A DNA stretch of 64,000 bases from an uncultured virus (IMG/VR IMGVR_UViG_3300042691_029418) (IMGVR_UViG_3300042691_029418), one strand, 5' to 3'; shown: positions 52,788-61,897, counted from the first letter of the stretch. Notes: a model not told the origin generated them from the letters alone. Translations and numbers: made by a program.

Positions 52788-54716
52788 TTACTTTCTTATT
52801 AGATTTCCGTTTAAGTAACTAGATGTATAGTAGTTTTTAGAGAACTCGGTTCCAGATATCTCTTCACCAGAAGATATAACATCTCTTACCATATTTATTT
52901 CACTTTTATCAATGCTAAAATTTAAATATAGTTCTTTAAGTCCAACAACATCGTTTGATTCTGGAACAGCCTGAATCTCAATGATATTATTTGGGAGTGA
53001 TGTTGATATAATGTTTAGAGTTCCTAAATTTATTTCTCCCTTTACATAATCAACTGTACCTACGGATTTGATAACGACTCTAGTTTCTGTTTCAGATATT
53101 GGTTTTACAATAGACAGAACTCCAGTTTTTTTATCTGCATTTGGCTTGTCAGTAATGTAAACCGTGTCTGGATCATTTTCAACAATGAATCCAGTCGATT
53201 TAATATTATAAGAATCTTGCCCAACATGAAACTGATTTCCAAAACAGAGTTCATACTGTGCAAATGTATTCAGAAGTGCCTTAAGATCTCTTCTAATACG
53301 AACTTTAGTTATGTTCGATGTTATCGCAAAATCAGTATTATCGATAAGTTGCAATACTTTACTGTATTTAAATCTTCCACCAAACTTATTCAAATCAATA
53401 GAGTTTGCATATTTTGTAAGAGAGTTTGTAACCTTAGTTTTTAAAGCAGATGTCGATGATGTTTTTGAGTAATCGTAATAGACTGAGGTGTCAATCTCAA
53501 CATATAAAACTTTCAGGTCAATTATCTTTTGATTAATACCAGAAATGCTATACTTTTTTAATTCATTTAAAATTCTTGTTTTATTGAAATCGGATACAAA
53601 AGTTCCATTTTTTGGTTTGATACTAATCTGAACATTTCCATATTCTGGGGGATCTAGTTCTTCACCACCAACAACAGATACTGACTCCGTATCAGGATAG
53701 ATTCTTTTGATGATTGTTTCATAATCATTTGACGTTACTGCTCTATGTTGAGAGGAGTAAACTCTTGGAGCAAAGTACTTAATTGAGTCAATCTTCTCAA
53801 TGTCATCACCGTTCTGTGATGCCTGATTTGTTGTGATAGATACGGGAGTGTTTAGTGGAAGAATGTTTCCATCAGAATTTTCGAGTGTACCAGAGAATAA
53901 AAATCGAGAGGCACCATTACCATCCTTACCATCAGTTATAATATAATTAACCGTTATAACAGTTCCATCTTCATTTGTTGCATTACCCAGTTTTTTTCCA
54001 ATATATCCATCACCAAAGAATATTTCATACTTCTCATCTTGTACTTCCTGAATCAGATAAATCCTCGACTCTGATCCTACATTGATAATATCTTCTACTT
54101 GATAGTATTCATACCCCAGTCCACTCTCTGAGGTTTTCCTGACGTAAACTCTGATCGTCGAACTATCAATAAAGGAGTTGTTTAAGATAAATTTTTGATT
54201 TAAGGAACCATCATATGTGAATCGATTTGTTAAAAAAGTCCCTTGACAAACTTCTATATTACTAAATGATGCAGTTCCAGAAGAATTTACTGGAACTGTG
54301 ATATCTTCCGGAATTGAAAAAACATAATCTGTATTTTCTACATCTCCTGTGCAAACAAGACCTGCCTTCAGAGTCAGTGTTTGAGTTGTTGGTAGTCCAG
54401 ATCCATCTACAAGTCCAGTTATTTCAAATGATATTCTAGCCTTTGCCGCAGATCTAGATCTTGGAACATATCCAATATTTCTTGCAAGTGAAACAACATT
54501 TTCACGAAGAGTTGCAGAGTCTAAGAAAGACTCATTCACAATCATATTCGAGTTAAATGCTGTGATGTAAGTATTGTATGCTAAAGTATCGATAAGAATT
54601 GAAAAGTTAGACCCCTCAAAGTCAAAGTCCGTAAAGTTTGAGTTCTCACGGATATAGTCTTTGATAGAGGTCTTGATTTGATCGAAATCTAGATTGGTAA
54701 ACTTAGTGAAAGGCAT
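52788..54716 (-). CDS. gp6: Baseplate wedge protein
   Basis: LDFDQIK, DFEGS, ESFLDSATLRENVVS, RAVT..DY. Confidence 0.96.
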   Translation of the reverse strand: MPFTKFTNLDFDQIKTSIKDYIRENSNFTDFDFEGSNFSILIDTLAYNTYITAFNSNMIVNESFLDSATLRENVVSLARNIGYVPRSRSAAKARISFEITGLVDGSGLPTTQTLTLKAGLVCTGDVENTDYVFSIPEDITVPVNSSGTASFSNIEVCQGTFLTNRFTYDGSLNQKFILNNSFIDSSTIRVYVRKTSESGLGYEYYQVEDIINVGSESRIYLIQEVQDEKYEIFFGDGYIGKKLGNATNEDGTVITVNYIITDGKDGNGASRFLFSGTLENSDGNILPLNTPVSITTNQASQNGDDIEKIDSIKYFAPRVYSSQHRAVTSNDYETIIKRIYPDTESVSVVGGEELDPPEYGNVQISIKPKNGTFVSDFNKTRILNELKKYSISGINQKIIDLKVLYVEIDTSVYYDYSKTSSTSALKTKVTNSLTKYANSIDLNKFGGRFKYSKVLQLIDNTDFAITSNITKVRIRRDLKALLNTFAQYELCFGNQFHVGQDSYNIKSTGFIVENDPDTVYITDKPNADKKTGVLSIVKPISETETRVVIKSVGTVDYVKGEINLGTLNIISTSLPNNIIEIQAVPESNDVVGLKELYLNFSIDKSEINMVRDVISSGEEISGTEFSKNYYTSSYLNGNLIRK

Positions 54717-54717
54717 T

Positions 54718-55119
54718 TTATCTTGTTGCCTCTAAGAGAAATGAATATTCTTGAGTCGGAAACTCTTGACCGATAATATCAAAAATTACAACAACACTGA
54801 ATGTATTATAATCTGAATTTGGTTCCACTTTGACATTGATATTATCAACTCTAGGTTCGAAGTTTGTTATTGCAGTTTCAATTTGATTTTGAATGACTGA
54901 TGCCGTACCAAAATCGACAAACTCGAATAAACTTGATCTTACATCAGAACCAAAAGATGAATTAAAAAATCTTTCCGTAGGGATTGTTTCAACGATGTTT
55001 CTTACAGATCTACGAATTGCAGACTCATTTTTGAGAATCTGCAGATCTTTTGTTACGGGATGTGGTTCAAATGATAGACTAATATCCTTAAAAGATCTAG
55101 AGGTCCTCTGTATTGCCAT
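54718..55119 (-). CDS. gp25: Baseplate wedge subunit
   Basis: SVRNIV.T...ERFF...FG, FEPR. Confidence 0.93.
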   Translation of the reverse strand: MAIQRTSRSFKDISLSFEPHPVTKDLQILKNESAIRRSVRNIVETIPTERFFNSSFGSDVRSSLFEFVDFGTASVIQNQIETAITNFEPRVDNINVKVEPNSDYNTFSVVVIFDIIGQEFPTQEYSFLLEATR

Positions 55120-55150
55120 CGATCAAGAGTTTTCTTTGCTTTATTTATAT

Positions 55151-55339
55151 TTACTTCCAGAGAGATCCATAGTTTGGTTCTGTTCCATACTCCCAATCAT
55201 CATAATCTTCATCGTTACGAATCTTTTCATGCAATTCGACTTGTTTTTTAAGGTCATGACGTGGCGCCAAATCGTGCATAACCTCTTGAATTACTCTCTT
55301 TTTTTCTGAATCGGACATTTTTAGCTCCTGTTTTATCAA
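55151..55339 (-). CDS. Hypothetical protein
   Basis: 62-aa ORF. Confidence 0.6.
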   Translation of the reverse strand: MIKQELKMSDSEKKRVIQEVMHDLAPRHDLKKQVELHEKIRNDEDYDDWEYGTEPNYGSLWK

Positions 55340-55386
55340 ATAAAACAGAACTTTTATAAAGGAGGTTGCTATCTCCTTATTTCTAT

Positions 55387-55728
55387 TTAACGATTTAGTT
55401 CTCGAAGAGAATATGAGTCAGAATTTAGGTATTTAAGCATTTCAAGAGCAATTAGACGAGGATTTCCCTCTCCGCAGGTATAAACATCGACTGCTAAACA
55501 TCCATTTTCTGGCCATGTATGACAAGAAACATGACTTTCTGACAGTGCAATAACAACTGTGCATCCTTGTGGTAGAAAACAGTGTGCAAAAACGTTCAGA
55601 ACAGTCATTTTTGCACGTTCAATACCCTTAATCATGACGTTTTGTAGGGATTCTACGTCATTGATAAGGTCAAAATTAACATTGTACACCTCTAAGAGCA
55701 GGTGTTTGCCCATCGAAAACCGTTCCAA
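55387..55728 (-). CDS. speD: S-adenosylmethionine decarboxylase proenzyme family
   Basis: GKHLL, ESH pyruvoyl self-cleavage site, HTWPE, DVYTCG. Confidence 0.92.
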   Translation of the reverse strand: MERFSMGKHLLLEVYNVNFDLINDVESLQNVMIKGIERAKMTVLNVFAHCFLPQGCTVVIALSESHVSCHTWPENGCLAVDVYTCGEGNPRLIALEMLKYLNSDSYSLRELNR

Positions 55729-55752
55729 GTCAATTTTTTGTAAAAAATGTAT

Positions 55753-56388
55753 TTATTTCTTCTCTAGATCAGTAATTTCGTACATGTAATGGTCCGATGT
55801 CTCTAGTTTTCTTTTATTTTCTACAGAATAGACTGTTAAATCAATCTCATAACCAGGATTTTTGTCAATTCTGTTGAATGTCCAGGCATTATCATACCAA
55901 ATAATTCGATTATTTGGGTAAGCATAATAATTTCCAGTTTCAACCTTGAACAAATGAGCACACTTATGTTCTGGAGTTTCGGAAAAGTTTAGATCCGTGA
56001 CACCTTTGTTCTCCCAAGACCAATCCAGAGTAAACATATAGGATCCTACAACCTTCTTTCCATCAGGACGAATAAGTTCTGCCTGTAGTCCAGCAAGACG
56101 AGCACGTTTCTGTACATCAATATAAGGGGAAAAGCAATCCCAATACATAATGTCTTCAAGTGGTTCAATAGGAGCATCAGGTTTCCAGCAAAAAGCGTGA
56201 AGTGGTCTACGAGTCCAATTCACGCCGTTTTCTAGAAATGCCTCAAATAGAGGAACTCTTTTTTCGATACTTGCGACACAATGCACATCGCATTTGGTTA
56301 CTTCACCATGTCCTTTTTGATGATTGAAGAGAAATTCATTACGAATGTAACAAGACCAATCTGGAAGACTATGGTTTAAGTATGCCAT
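55753..56388 (-). CDS. Conserved phage hypothetical protein
   Basis: 211 aa with WDCFS, EHKCAH, YPNNRI. Confidence 0.75.
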   Translation of the reverse strand: MAYLNHSLPDWSCYIRNEFLFNHQKGHGEVTKCDVHCVASIEKRVPLFEAFLENGVNWTRRPLHAFCWKPDAPIEPLEDIMYWDCFSPYIDVQKRARLAGLQAELIRPDGKKVVGSYMFTLDWSWENKGVTDLNFSETPEHKCAHLFKVETGNYYAYPNNRIIWYDNAWTFNRIDKNPGYEIDLTVYSVENKRKLETSDHYMYEITDLEKK

Positions 56389-56391
56389 TGA

Positions 56392-56541
56392 TTATCCTCT
56401 ACCCTGTCCCCTATATTTCTTTCGTGCTCCATTACGAGACGAAGAAGCGTATTTGGTCCCCATACCATCTCCCTGACGAGACTTTTTAGGTTTCCCAGGG
56501 ACATAAGAACCATTTTTACTCAATCCACCTTTTGCAGCCAT
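56392..56541 (-). CDS. Small very basic protein, 49 aa (not in ORF track)
   Basis: MAAKGGLSKNGSYVPGKPKKSRQG...RKKYRGQGRG; GGAGG upstream. Confidence 0.7.
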   Translation of the reverse strand: MAAKGGLSKNGSYVPGKPKKSRQGDGMGTKYASSSRNGARKKYRGQGRG

Positions 56542-56708
56542 TGATTATCCTCCAGTAAAATTTCAGTTTCAAGATCTTCAGGTCGTGGAGAACCTGTCTG
56601 ATAGAATTCTATCGACAGATCCTCCATTACATTGAAATATTCTTCCTCTGTAAGACCAGTGTAAATTCGTCTACCCTTACAAAGAATATTGTAAGTTTCT
56701 GTTCGCAT
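56520..56708 (-). CDS. Hypothetical protein (start MRTETYN)
   Basis: ATG immediately after the glycosyltransferase stop. Confidence 0.65.
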   Translation of the reverse strand: MRTETYNILCKGRRIYTGLTEEEYFNVMEDLSIEFYQTGSPRPEDLETEILLEDNQWLQKVD

Positions 56709-56709
56709 A

Positions 56710-57468
56710 TCAAATAATTCTTGTCTTTTCGTGACCGACTCTAATACGAGGATCGCACCAGATTTCAAAGCCAGCCTCCTTTGCATCCAAACAGAACGAT
56801 ACATCTTCTCCACACATGTCCTGAACCTCACCAGATTCAAAGACTTGCATCTTGGGTGCAAACCAGGGATACTTCATCTCCGAGTGCTCAAAGACTCCGT
56901 TTTTGATCAGAAGCCAACCAAATCCAGTATAGTCAACGGTAAATGGTTTGCGACGCTTAGAAATACTTTCAATGGTTTCATGATTCATAACTCCACCATT
57001 GTTACGGAAGTCATCCTCTTCTAACCAGTGTGCGACAGAGGTTGTGCGACCATCTTCGGTACAGTACCAGCCTGCTGCAATATCTTTCTCCATGAGAACA
57101 AGTTGCCAGAAACTTTGAGTACTAAACACAATATCACTGTCAATCCACAGTTGCCAATCATATTTCAATTGACCATCCCAGGGAATTTGATCGGGTCCAC
57201 GTAGTACATTTGCACCTAGACACTTGCATCTTGCAAAGTTCACCATTGATGAATAGTCTTGCGAGATCTGAATGCTGGCTCCTGCCTGCACTAGATCAAA
57301 ACAAAGTTGTACAAAGTTCTTTAGATAGGTATAAGAAACACCTCTGCCAGGTAGACAGAATACAATTGATTTGCCTCTTACAAGTTCTCTTGCTCTATCA
57401 TAATCCCATTCCTCTCCTTGAGTTGATGGGGTTGGGGCTTTTGCTTTTACAGTAAATCCTTTAGCCAT
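56710..57468 (-). CDS. GT-A fold (family 2-like) glycosyltransferase
   Basis: WIDSD DxD motif, GFG, GEDVSFC, GH. Confidence 0.8.
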   Translation of the reverse strand: MAKGFTVKAKAPTPSTQGEEWDYDRARELVRGKSIVFCLPGRGVSYTYLKNFVQLCFDLVQAGASIQISQDYSSMVNFARCKCLGANVLRGPDQIPWDGQLKYDWQLWIDSDIVFSTQSFWQLVLMEKDIAAGWYCTEDGRTTSVAHWLEEDDFRNNGGVMNHETIESISKRRKPFTVDYTGFGWLLIKNGVFEHSEMKYPWFAPKMQVFESGEVQDMCGEDVSFCLDAKEAGFEIWCDPRIRVGHEKTRII

Positions 57469-57515
57469 AATTGAGTGTAATTACTTCAGTATCATACAGT
57501 ATTATCTATACGTTG

Positions 57516-57689
57516 TCAATCTTCCTTTTCTGAAAGAATGAGTTCGTTTCCAGACAGTTCAAGTTTAATTTCAGTATCTTCGTACCATGAAAGATCGTTC
57601 ACAATATTCTCTGGTATTACAACATAATACTCCCCCGTGATTGGATCAACTTGTAGGGGTTCGAAAATTTCTCCGGAATTTTTTTTCAT
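57516..57689 (-). CDS. AbrB/MazE-like small DNA-binding protein
   Basis: VVIPENIVNDLSW.EDTEI..L...ELIL. Confidence 0.6.
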   Translation of the reverse strand: MKKNSGEIFEPLQVDPITGEYYVVIPENIVNDLSWYEDTEIKLELSGNELILSEKED

Positions 57690-57730
57690 TTTAGGTTTTT
57701 GTATATTCATTTTGTTTTATCTAGCATTTT

Positions 57731-58474
57731 TTAATATTCTACTTTAAATTTCCATATCGTGGTTCCTTTTGATCTTGAGTTAGCCATGTGCTTACCAACA
57801 TATTTCCATCCCTGTGTTTTTGTTTTAAGTCTTGGTTTTACAAGATCAAAATTTTCTCTGGACCAATCCATTATATTCTCACCTTTCCATACTTGACCAC
57901 TGATTAAATCTGTAATTGTATAAGACAGAAATTCTTTGTTTCTCATGTTTTCACTATGATCACACCATCGTAAATTAGTGTAGTGATTGTTTCTATTGTC
58001 TCTATCAATATGATCGATCTCCTCGTGTCCTTCGGGATTTGGTACAAATGCAATTGCTACAAGTTGATGAATACTTCTCTTGATTTGCTTTACATATTTT
58101 CCATTCTCATCCCGTATTGAAATATTAATGCATTCGTATTGATGCTCTGGACGACGTGGATGACCCCTAAATGCTGGTTTTAGATATATTAACCCATATT
58201 CGTTAATCTTGCCGTGCTGCTCATTTCTATCATACTTACCAGGTTCACGATATGCTTTACCATCCTCAGTAATGTAATATCCAGCAAACTCAGTCTCCTT
58301 CATCCCCTTCGGTATTCTTACTGGAGGATAATCATACTTTACTCTGAGTGTCTCTTTCACCTTCTTTGGTTTTTTTGGTTTCTTCACATATATCCATTTT
58401 CCATCTTCTTTAATATACTTTGAACCTTGTGATGTAATCCTTACTGTTCCTTCTGGTAAAATCTCTTTGGGCAT
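57731..58474 (-). mobile_element. Free-standing HNH homing endonuclease gene
   Basis: IHQLVAIAFVPNP...IDHIDRDNRNNHYTNLRW...SEN; NUMOD4-like Y.IT..G upstream. Confidence 0.85.
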
Positions 58475-58637
58475 AATTTTTATATCCGGAATTTTTTGGT
58501 TTTCGAAGGTTTTGTAAGTTCATTTTAGCATACAATTTAGCTGCCTTCCGTAACACTTTATAGCCTCCAGGGACCCATTGATTTTTATATCACGGCGGCA
58601 ACCCCCGCACCGGATCGGGCACGGGGACACTGCTGAT

Positions 58638-58844
58638 TCACGAACGAATGACACTGCCACGGTAGTCTGTATGTAACCCTGCAAGTTCCCATGCGGGGAA
58701 ACCATCAATCCCATCACGTTTGTAACAACGACCGAACTCATCATCACGGTGACTGTTAAGTTGCGGACGACCCTTAACTACATTCGTTGCCACCCATATG
58801 GTCTCACGGGTGTTAAGATCGGTTGCCATGCTGTAGAGTGCCAT
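58638..58844 (-). CDS. Small early hypothetical protein
   Basis: 68-aa ORF, last in the early cluster. Confidence 0.55.
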   Translation of the reverse strand: MALYSMATDLNTRETIWVATNVVKGRPQLNSHRDDEFGRCYKRDGIDGFPAWELAGLHTDYRGSVIRS

Positions 58845-58880
58845 GAGAAGAAAGTGTGAGTGGGAAAGTGTTAACGAAGG

Positions 58881-59192
58881 TCAGGCATGAGCACACTGAA
58901 AGTAAGGAATCGGACGTGCCTGATCAAACACACTGTAGAACATATCCCATGCGGGAGTATCAGCAACGAAGGAGGAAATGTCTGCCTGATCGCATACCCA
59001 TTCGTATGCCATATCAGCATCGGCATTGTTATCAAGCACGAACTGATAGAGACCTTCGATTGCACCGCGGAATGCTTTATCTTCCACAAGTGACATCCAA
59101 GTTTTGCCAGTTTCAGTATCTTTGATCATGACTTTGCCAGTGATGCTGTAAGTGGTTTCGATGCTCATGTGTGTTTCGTTTGGTGTCCCCAT
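58881..59192 (-). CDS. Small early hypothetical protein (start probably MSIET at 59168)
   Basis: ORF downstream of the promoter element at 59193-59251. Confidence 0.6.
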   Translation of the reverse strand: MGTPNETHMSIETTYSITGKVMIKDTETGKTWMSLVEDKAFRGAIEGLYQFVLDNNADADMAYEWVCDQADISSFVADTPAWDMFYSVFDQARPIPYFQCAHA

Positions 59193-59247
59193 ATTGTAGA
59201 ACCCCCACCCGACGAATCGGAGTGAGGGTGTGCCACTAATCAGACTG

Positions 59248-59385
59248 TCACCAGATAACGGGATTGCCCTGAAAATCTGTTACAGTGCCCTGCTCAGTGT
59301 CGTTTGCAATTGATTCAAGAATCCGCAGGATATCATCACCATTGTTACCTTGACGGAGCAGAGAAAGTGCCAGAGATTGAGTCAT
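59248..59385 (-). CDS. Small hypothetical protein, 45 aa
   Basis: Hand translation MTQSLALSLLRQGNNGDDILRILESI... Confidence 0.55.
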   Translation of the reverse strand: MTQSLALSLLRQGNNGDDILRILESIANDTEQGTVTDFQGNPVIW

Positions 59386-59422
59386 GAGAAAAAAGAGTGA
59401 GTGTTAACGAAGGGAGAAAAGT

Positions 59423-59563
59423 TTAGGGGGCAAGGTGTGCAGGAGATCCGCATGATTTGTAGAACTCAACCATTCGCATTGCCTCCTCATAAGTGCGGAA
59501 CCATTGTGACCTCCACTCACACTGATTGTAAGGGGTCTGATAACGAACTTCGTAACGGGTCAT
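59423..59563 (-). CDS. Small hypothetical protein, 46 aa
   Basis: Hand translation MTRYEVRYQTPYNQCEWRSQWF... Confidence 0.6.
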   Translation of the reverse strand: MTRYEVRYQTPYNQCEWRSQWFRTYEEAMRMVEFYKSCGSPAHLAP

Positions 59564-59609
59564 TGTGAAACTTAAGAGGTGAACAGTAAGAGTCAGTGAG
59601 AAGAAAAGT

Positions 59610-59927
59610 TCAGTTCAGACGCATACCAGAGAAGAAAGGAATTGTGCCGAATTGTTGAGAAGAAAAGAACCAATCAAAGTTCTTTTGGAAGACACGTTCA
59701 CCAGGGATTCCGTGCTCAGAAAGAATAGCATTGAGACGGGATTTGGTGGTGTTGGTTTGATGTCCACCGTCGAAAAGTTCAATCCAGGTTTCACCAATTC
59801 GGGCAATCAAATTACCGTGCAGAAAGACATCAGAAACATGAGAACAAGAGACAACCTCAGTGTTTGCCATCTTGAAATCTTTGCCTGCAGTGATAGCAGC
59901 ATTCATCAGACGTTCGATCTTACGCAT
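59610..59927 (-). CDS. Early hypothetical protein
   Basis: LHGNLIA...TNTTKSRLNA...QKNFDW. Confidence 0.7.
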   Translation of the reverse strand: MRKIERLMNAAITAGKDFKMANTEVVSCSHVSDVFLHGNLIARIGETWIELFDGGHQTNTTKSRLNAILSEHGIPGERVFQKNFDWFFSSQQFGTIPFFSGMRLN

Positions 59928-60002
59928 GGGGTGAGGTCGTTTGAACTGAAAGTATTGTAAGGGGTCGGAGGGGGGTCTCAGGGGCAGCAGTGTGCCACTA
60001 GG

Positions 60003-60902
60003 TCAGCTGGCACACTGGAAACGACCGTGGTTGAAATTAGCATTCGAAAAGACCTCACGATTCACCAGTTTGAACATACCAAACTCATTGGTCAGAACGT
60101 AACCTTCGGCATCAATTCTGTTGCCGTAGAGGTATGCTGCAGGGCCATCATTGCGGCACAGGAAGAGACAATCATCTTTGATGCTCTTTACCAGTGCCCA
60201 CAAACGCAGCAGGTTGGTATCACAATCGAAGTCTTCAGGGTTGATCTCTTCACCAGCACGAATGCAGGCATTGATCTGTTGTTTGATCTTTGCTGCCTCT
60301 TTTACACTTACGAACTCACAGGCAGTAGACATTTGACGGGCAAAGTCACAAACTTCCTTAACATCAGCAAACGATTCTTGCCCGTGCAGAATGTATGCAT
60401 GAGGTTTCACAAATTTCGCATACTGAGTATCAGTGATGATAAAGTTCATCGGGTGTGCTACAGCATCCCGCAGATCTTTGTCGGCAGTGTAGAACGTGTG
60501 AGGTGCTACAATGATCTCCTGATCAACTACTTCTGGGAACTGGTAAGTGAGTAGGTTGGGAGTGTATTCAGTATCCCCACCAAACCCGATAAAGTCTCCT
60601 TGAAAAATGTACTCTGTACGAGGAAGATAATCAAAACAAAAGTGCAGAATTGTTGCAACTTGTCCACTGTAGAATTGATCAATTTCTTCATGAGAATGAG
60701 CAATCTTGATTTTAACTTTGTTGAACACAGATTTGGTGCCAACAAAGAACTTACCAGTCGCAGGGTTTGTACCCCAGACGATGGCAGGACTTCCATCGAT
60801 CTTCACTGACAGATTACCAGCAGCAGTGAACCAATCCAGGGAGGAAAGGTCGCCCGTGAGAACCTGATCCTCTGGATGCTCAAGGTGGAGGTTTTTCGTC
60901 AT
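60003..60902 (-). CDS. RNA-ligase-like nucleotidyltransferase (DUF6267-like)
   Basis: HLEHPED, KIDGS (motif I), QGDF, EGYV, FKLV. Confidence 0.65.
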   Translation of the reverse strand: MTKNLHLEHPEDQVLTGDLSSLDWFTAAGNLSVKIDGSPAIVWGTNPATGKFFVGTKSVFNKVKIKIAHSHEEIDQFYSGQVATILHFCFDYLPRTEYIFQGDFIGFGGDTEYTPNLLTYQFPEVVDQEIIVAPHTFYTADKDLRDAVAHPMNFIITDTQYAKFVKPHAYILHGQESFADVKEVCDFARQMSTACEFVSVKEAAKIKQQINACIRAGEEINPEDFDCDTNLLRLWALVKSIKDDCLFLCRNDGPAAYLYGNRIDAEGYVLTNEFGMFKLVNREVFSNANFNHGRFQCAS

Positions 60903-60937
60903 GGGTGCTTTGCTCATGAACATAGTATGGCACAGGG

Positions 60938-61303
60938 TCAGGCAGTCTGCAACGGGGCTTGTGCCAGATTCCTAACCGTCCATCCCAACTCACCATTTCT
61001 ATTTCTTTTTGTGGTAATCTTGCTCAATCTTTTTTTACCATCGGCAGATAAAACATTCACTCTTCCTTTATACCATCCTTCAGGTATATTATCGGGAAAA
61101 GTCATCATATTTGATTCGCCATTGGTAACCCATATTTTACCTTTTTGTGAAGAAACTTTTCCCCATCTATGATTATTTTTACCCCTCATATCATATGATG
61201 GTCCAGTTCTTTCTACCGTATAAGAACTAGGATCTTCAATAATCCAATCCGGTCCATCTATGTTGAAACATTCATTCAACGATTTAACGTGAAGTTTATT
61301 CAT
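60938..61303 (-). CDS. NUMOD-type DNA-binding protein with no visible nuclease domain
   Basis: GKNNHRWGK, WVTNG...PEGWYKGR; own late promoter at 61327-61334. Confidence 0.55.
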   Translation of the reverse strand: MNKLHVKSLNECFNIDGPDWIIEDPSSYTVERTGPSYDMRGKNNHRWGKVSSQKGKIWVTNGESNMMTFPDNIPEGWYKGRVNVLSADGKKRLSKITTKRNRNGELGWTVRNLAQAPLQTA

Positions 61304-61336
61304 TCTTGTCTTATAAGTCGCATAGTTATTTATACT

Positions 61337-61360
61337 AAAAGAGGGGCATTTCTGCCCCTC
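61337..61360 (-). terminator. Intrinsic terminator
   Basis: GAGGGGCA-GAAA-TGCCCCTC-TTTT. Confidence 0.75.
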
Positions 61361-61399
61361 AAAGTTGCTTTAGATGCGACTCATAAGCATCATTATTTA

Positions 61400-61570
61400 T
61401 CATCCCCCAGAGTGAAGAATGTCTAGCATTTGTTGGTGATAGTGGTCTGCCTCACGAACCACATTTGCTGCCTCTGATACATCTTCAATCTCATACTGTG
61501 TCATCTCCAGAGAGTGAATCACATTAGAGAGAAGATCAGTCAGAGCATCAATCTTTTGTGCGTCAGTCAT
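61400..61570 (-). CDS. Small hypothetical protein, 56 aa
   Basis: Hand translation MTDAQKIDALTDLLSNV...; ATGA overlap with the upstream ORF. Confidence 0.6.
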   Translation of the reverse strand: MTDAQKIDALTDLLSNVIHSLEMTQYEIEDVSEAANVVREADHYHQQMLDILHSGG

Positions 61571-61767
61571 TTCAGAACGTGGCGATAATCAATGGATTTG
61601 ATGCACCAACCTGTAGCAGCAGTGATTTCTTCTACGAGGTCATCTTCATCATCTGCCTCCCAAATCATACCGATAGTTTCATCGGTAATGTTACTGAACT
61701 GATGCTCGGGAAAGTCATCAGTAGCATCATCAAAATCAAACTCGATTGCAGTAACTTGGAATTGCAT
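61567..61767 (-). CDS. Small acidic hypothetical protein
   Basis: WEADDEDDLVEEIT..TGWCI. Confidence 0.65.
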   Translation of the reverse strand: MQFQVTAIEFDFDDATDDFPEHQFSNITDETIGMIWEADDEDDLVEEITAATGWCIKSIDYRHVLK

Positions 61768-61771
61768 TGTT

Positions 61772-61897
61772 TCAGTAATCGTAGTTTGCGTTCAGGTACT
61801 CATTGACATCGAACTTTTCATCTTTGAGTTCAGGAATGTCAAGGTCGAAAATCTCACCAGGCATGTCCTGAATCTCTTGCCACATTTCATCAAACAT
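61772..61897 (-). CDS. Small acidic hypothetical protein, 41 aa
   Basis: MFDEMWQEIQDMPGEIFD...; downstream of a promoter element. Confidence 0.55.
   Translation of the reverse strand: MFDEMWQEIQDMPGEIFDLDIPELKDEKFDVNEYLNANYDY

Noticed and set aside
56709..56861. N-terminal extension of ORF 56520-56861
   Set aside because: Overlaps the glycosyltransferase; the ATG at 56708 is the more plausible start
58520..58747. 75-aa ORF
   Set aside because: Overlaps 58638-58844 and runs through the structured spacer; no motif
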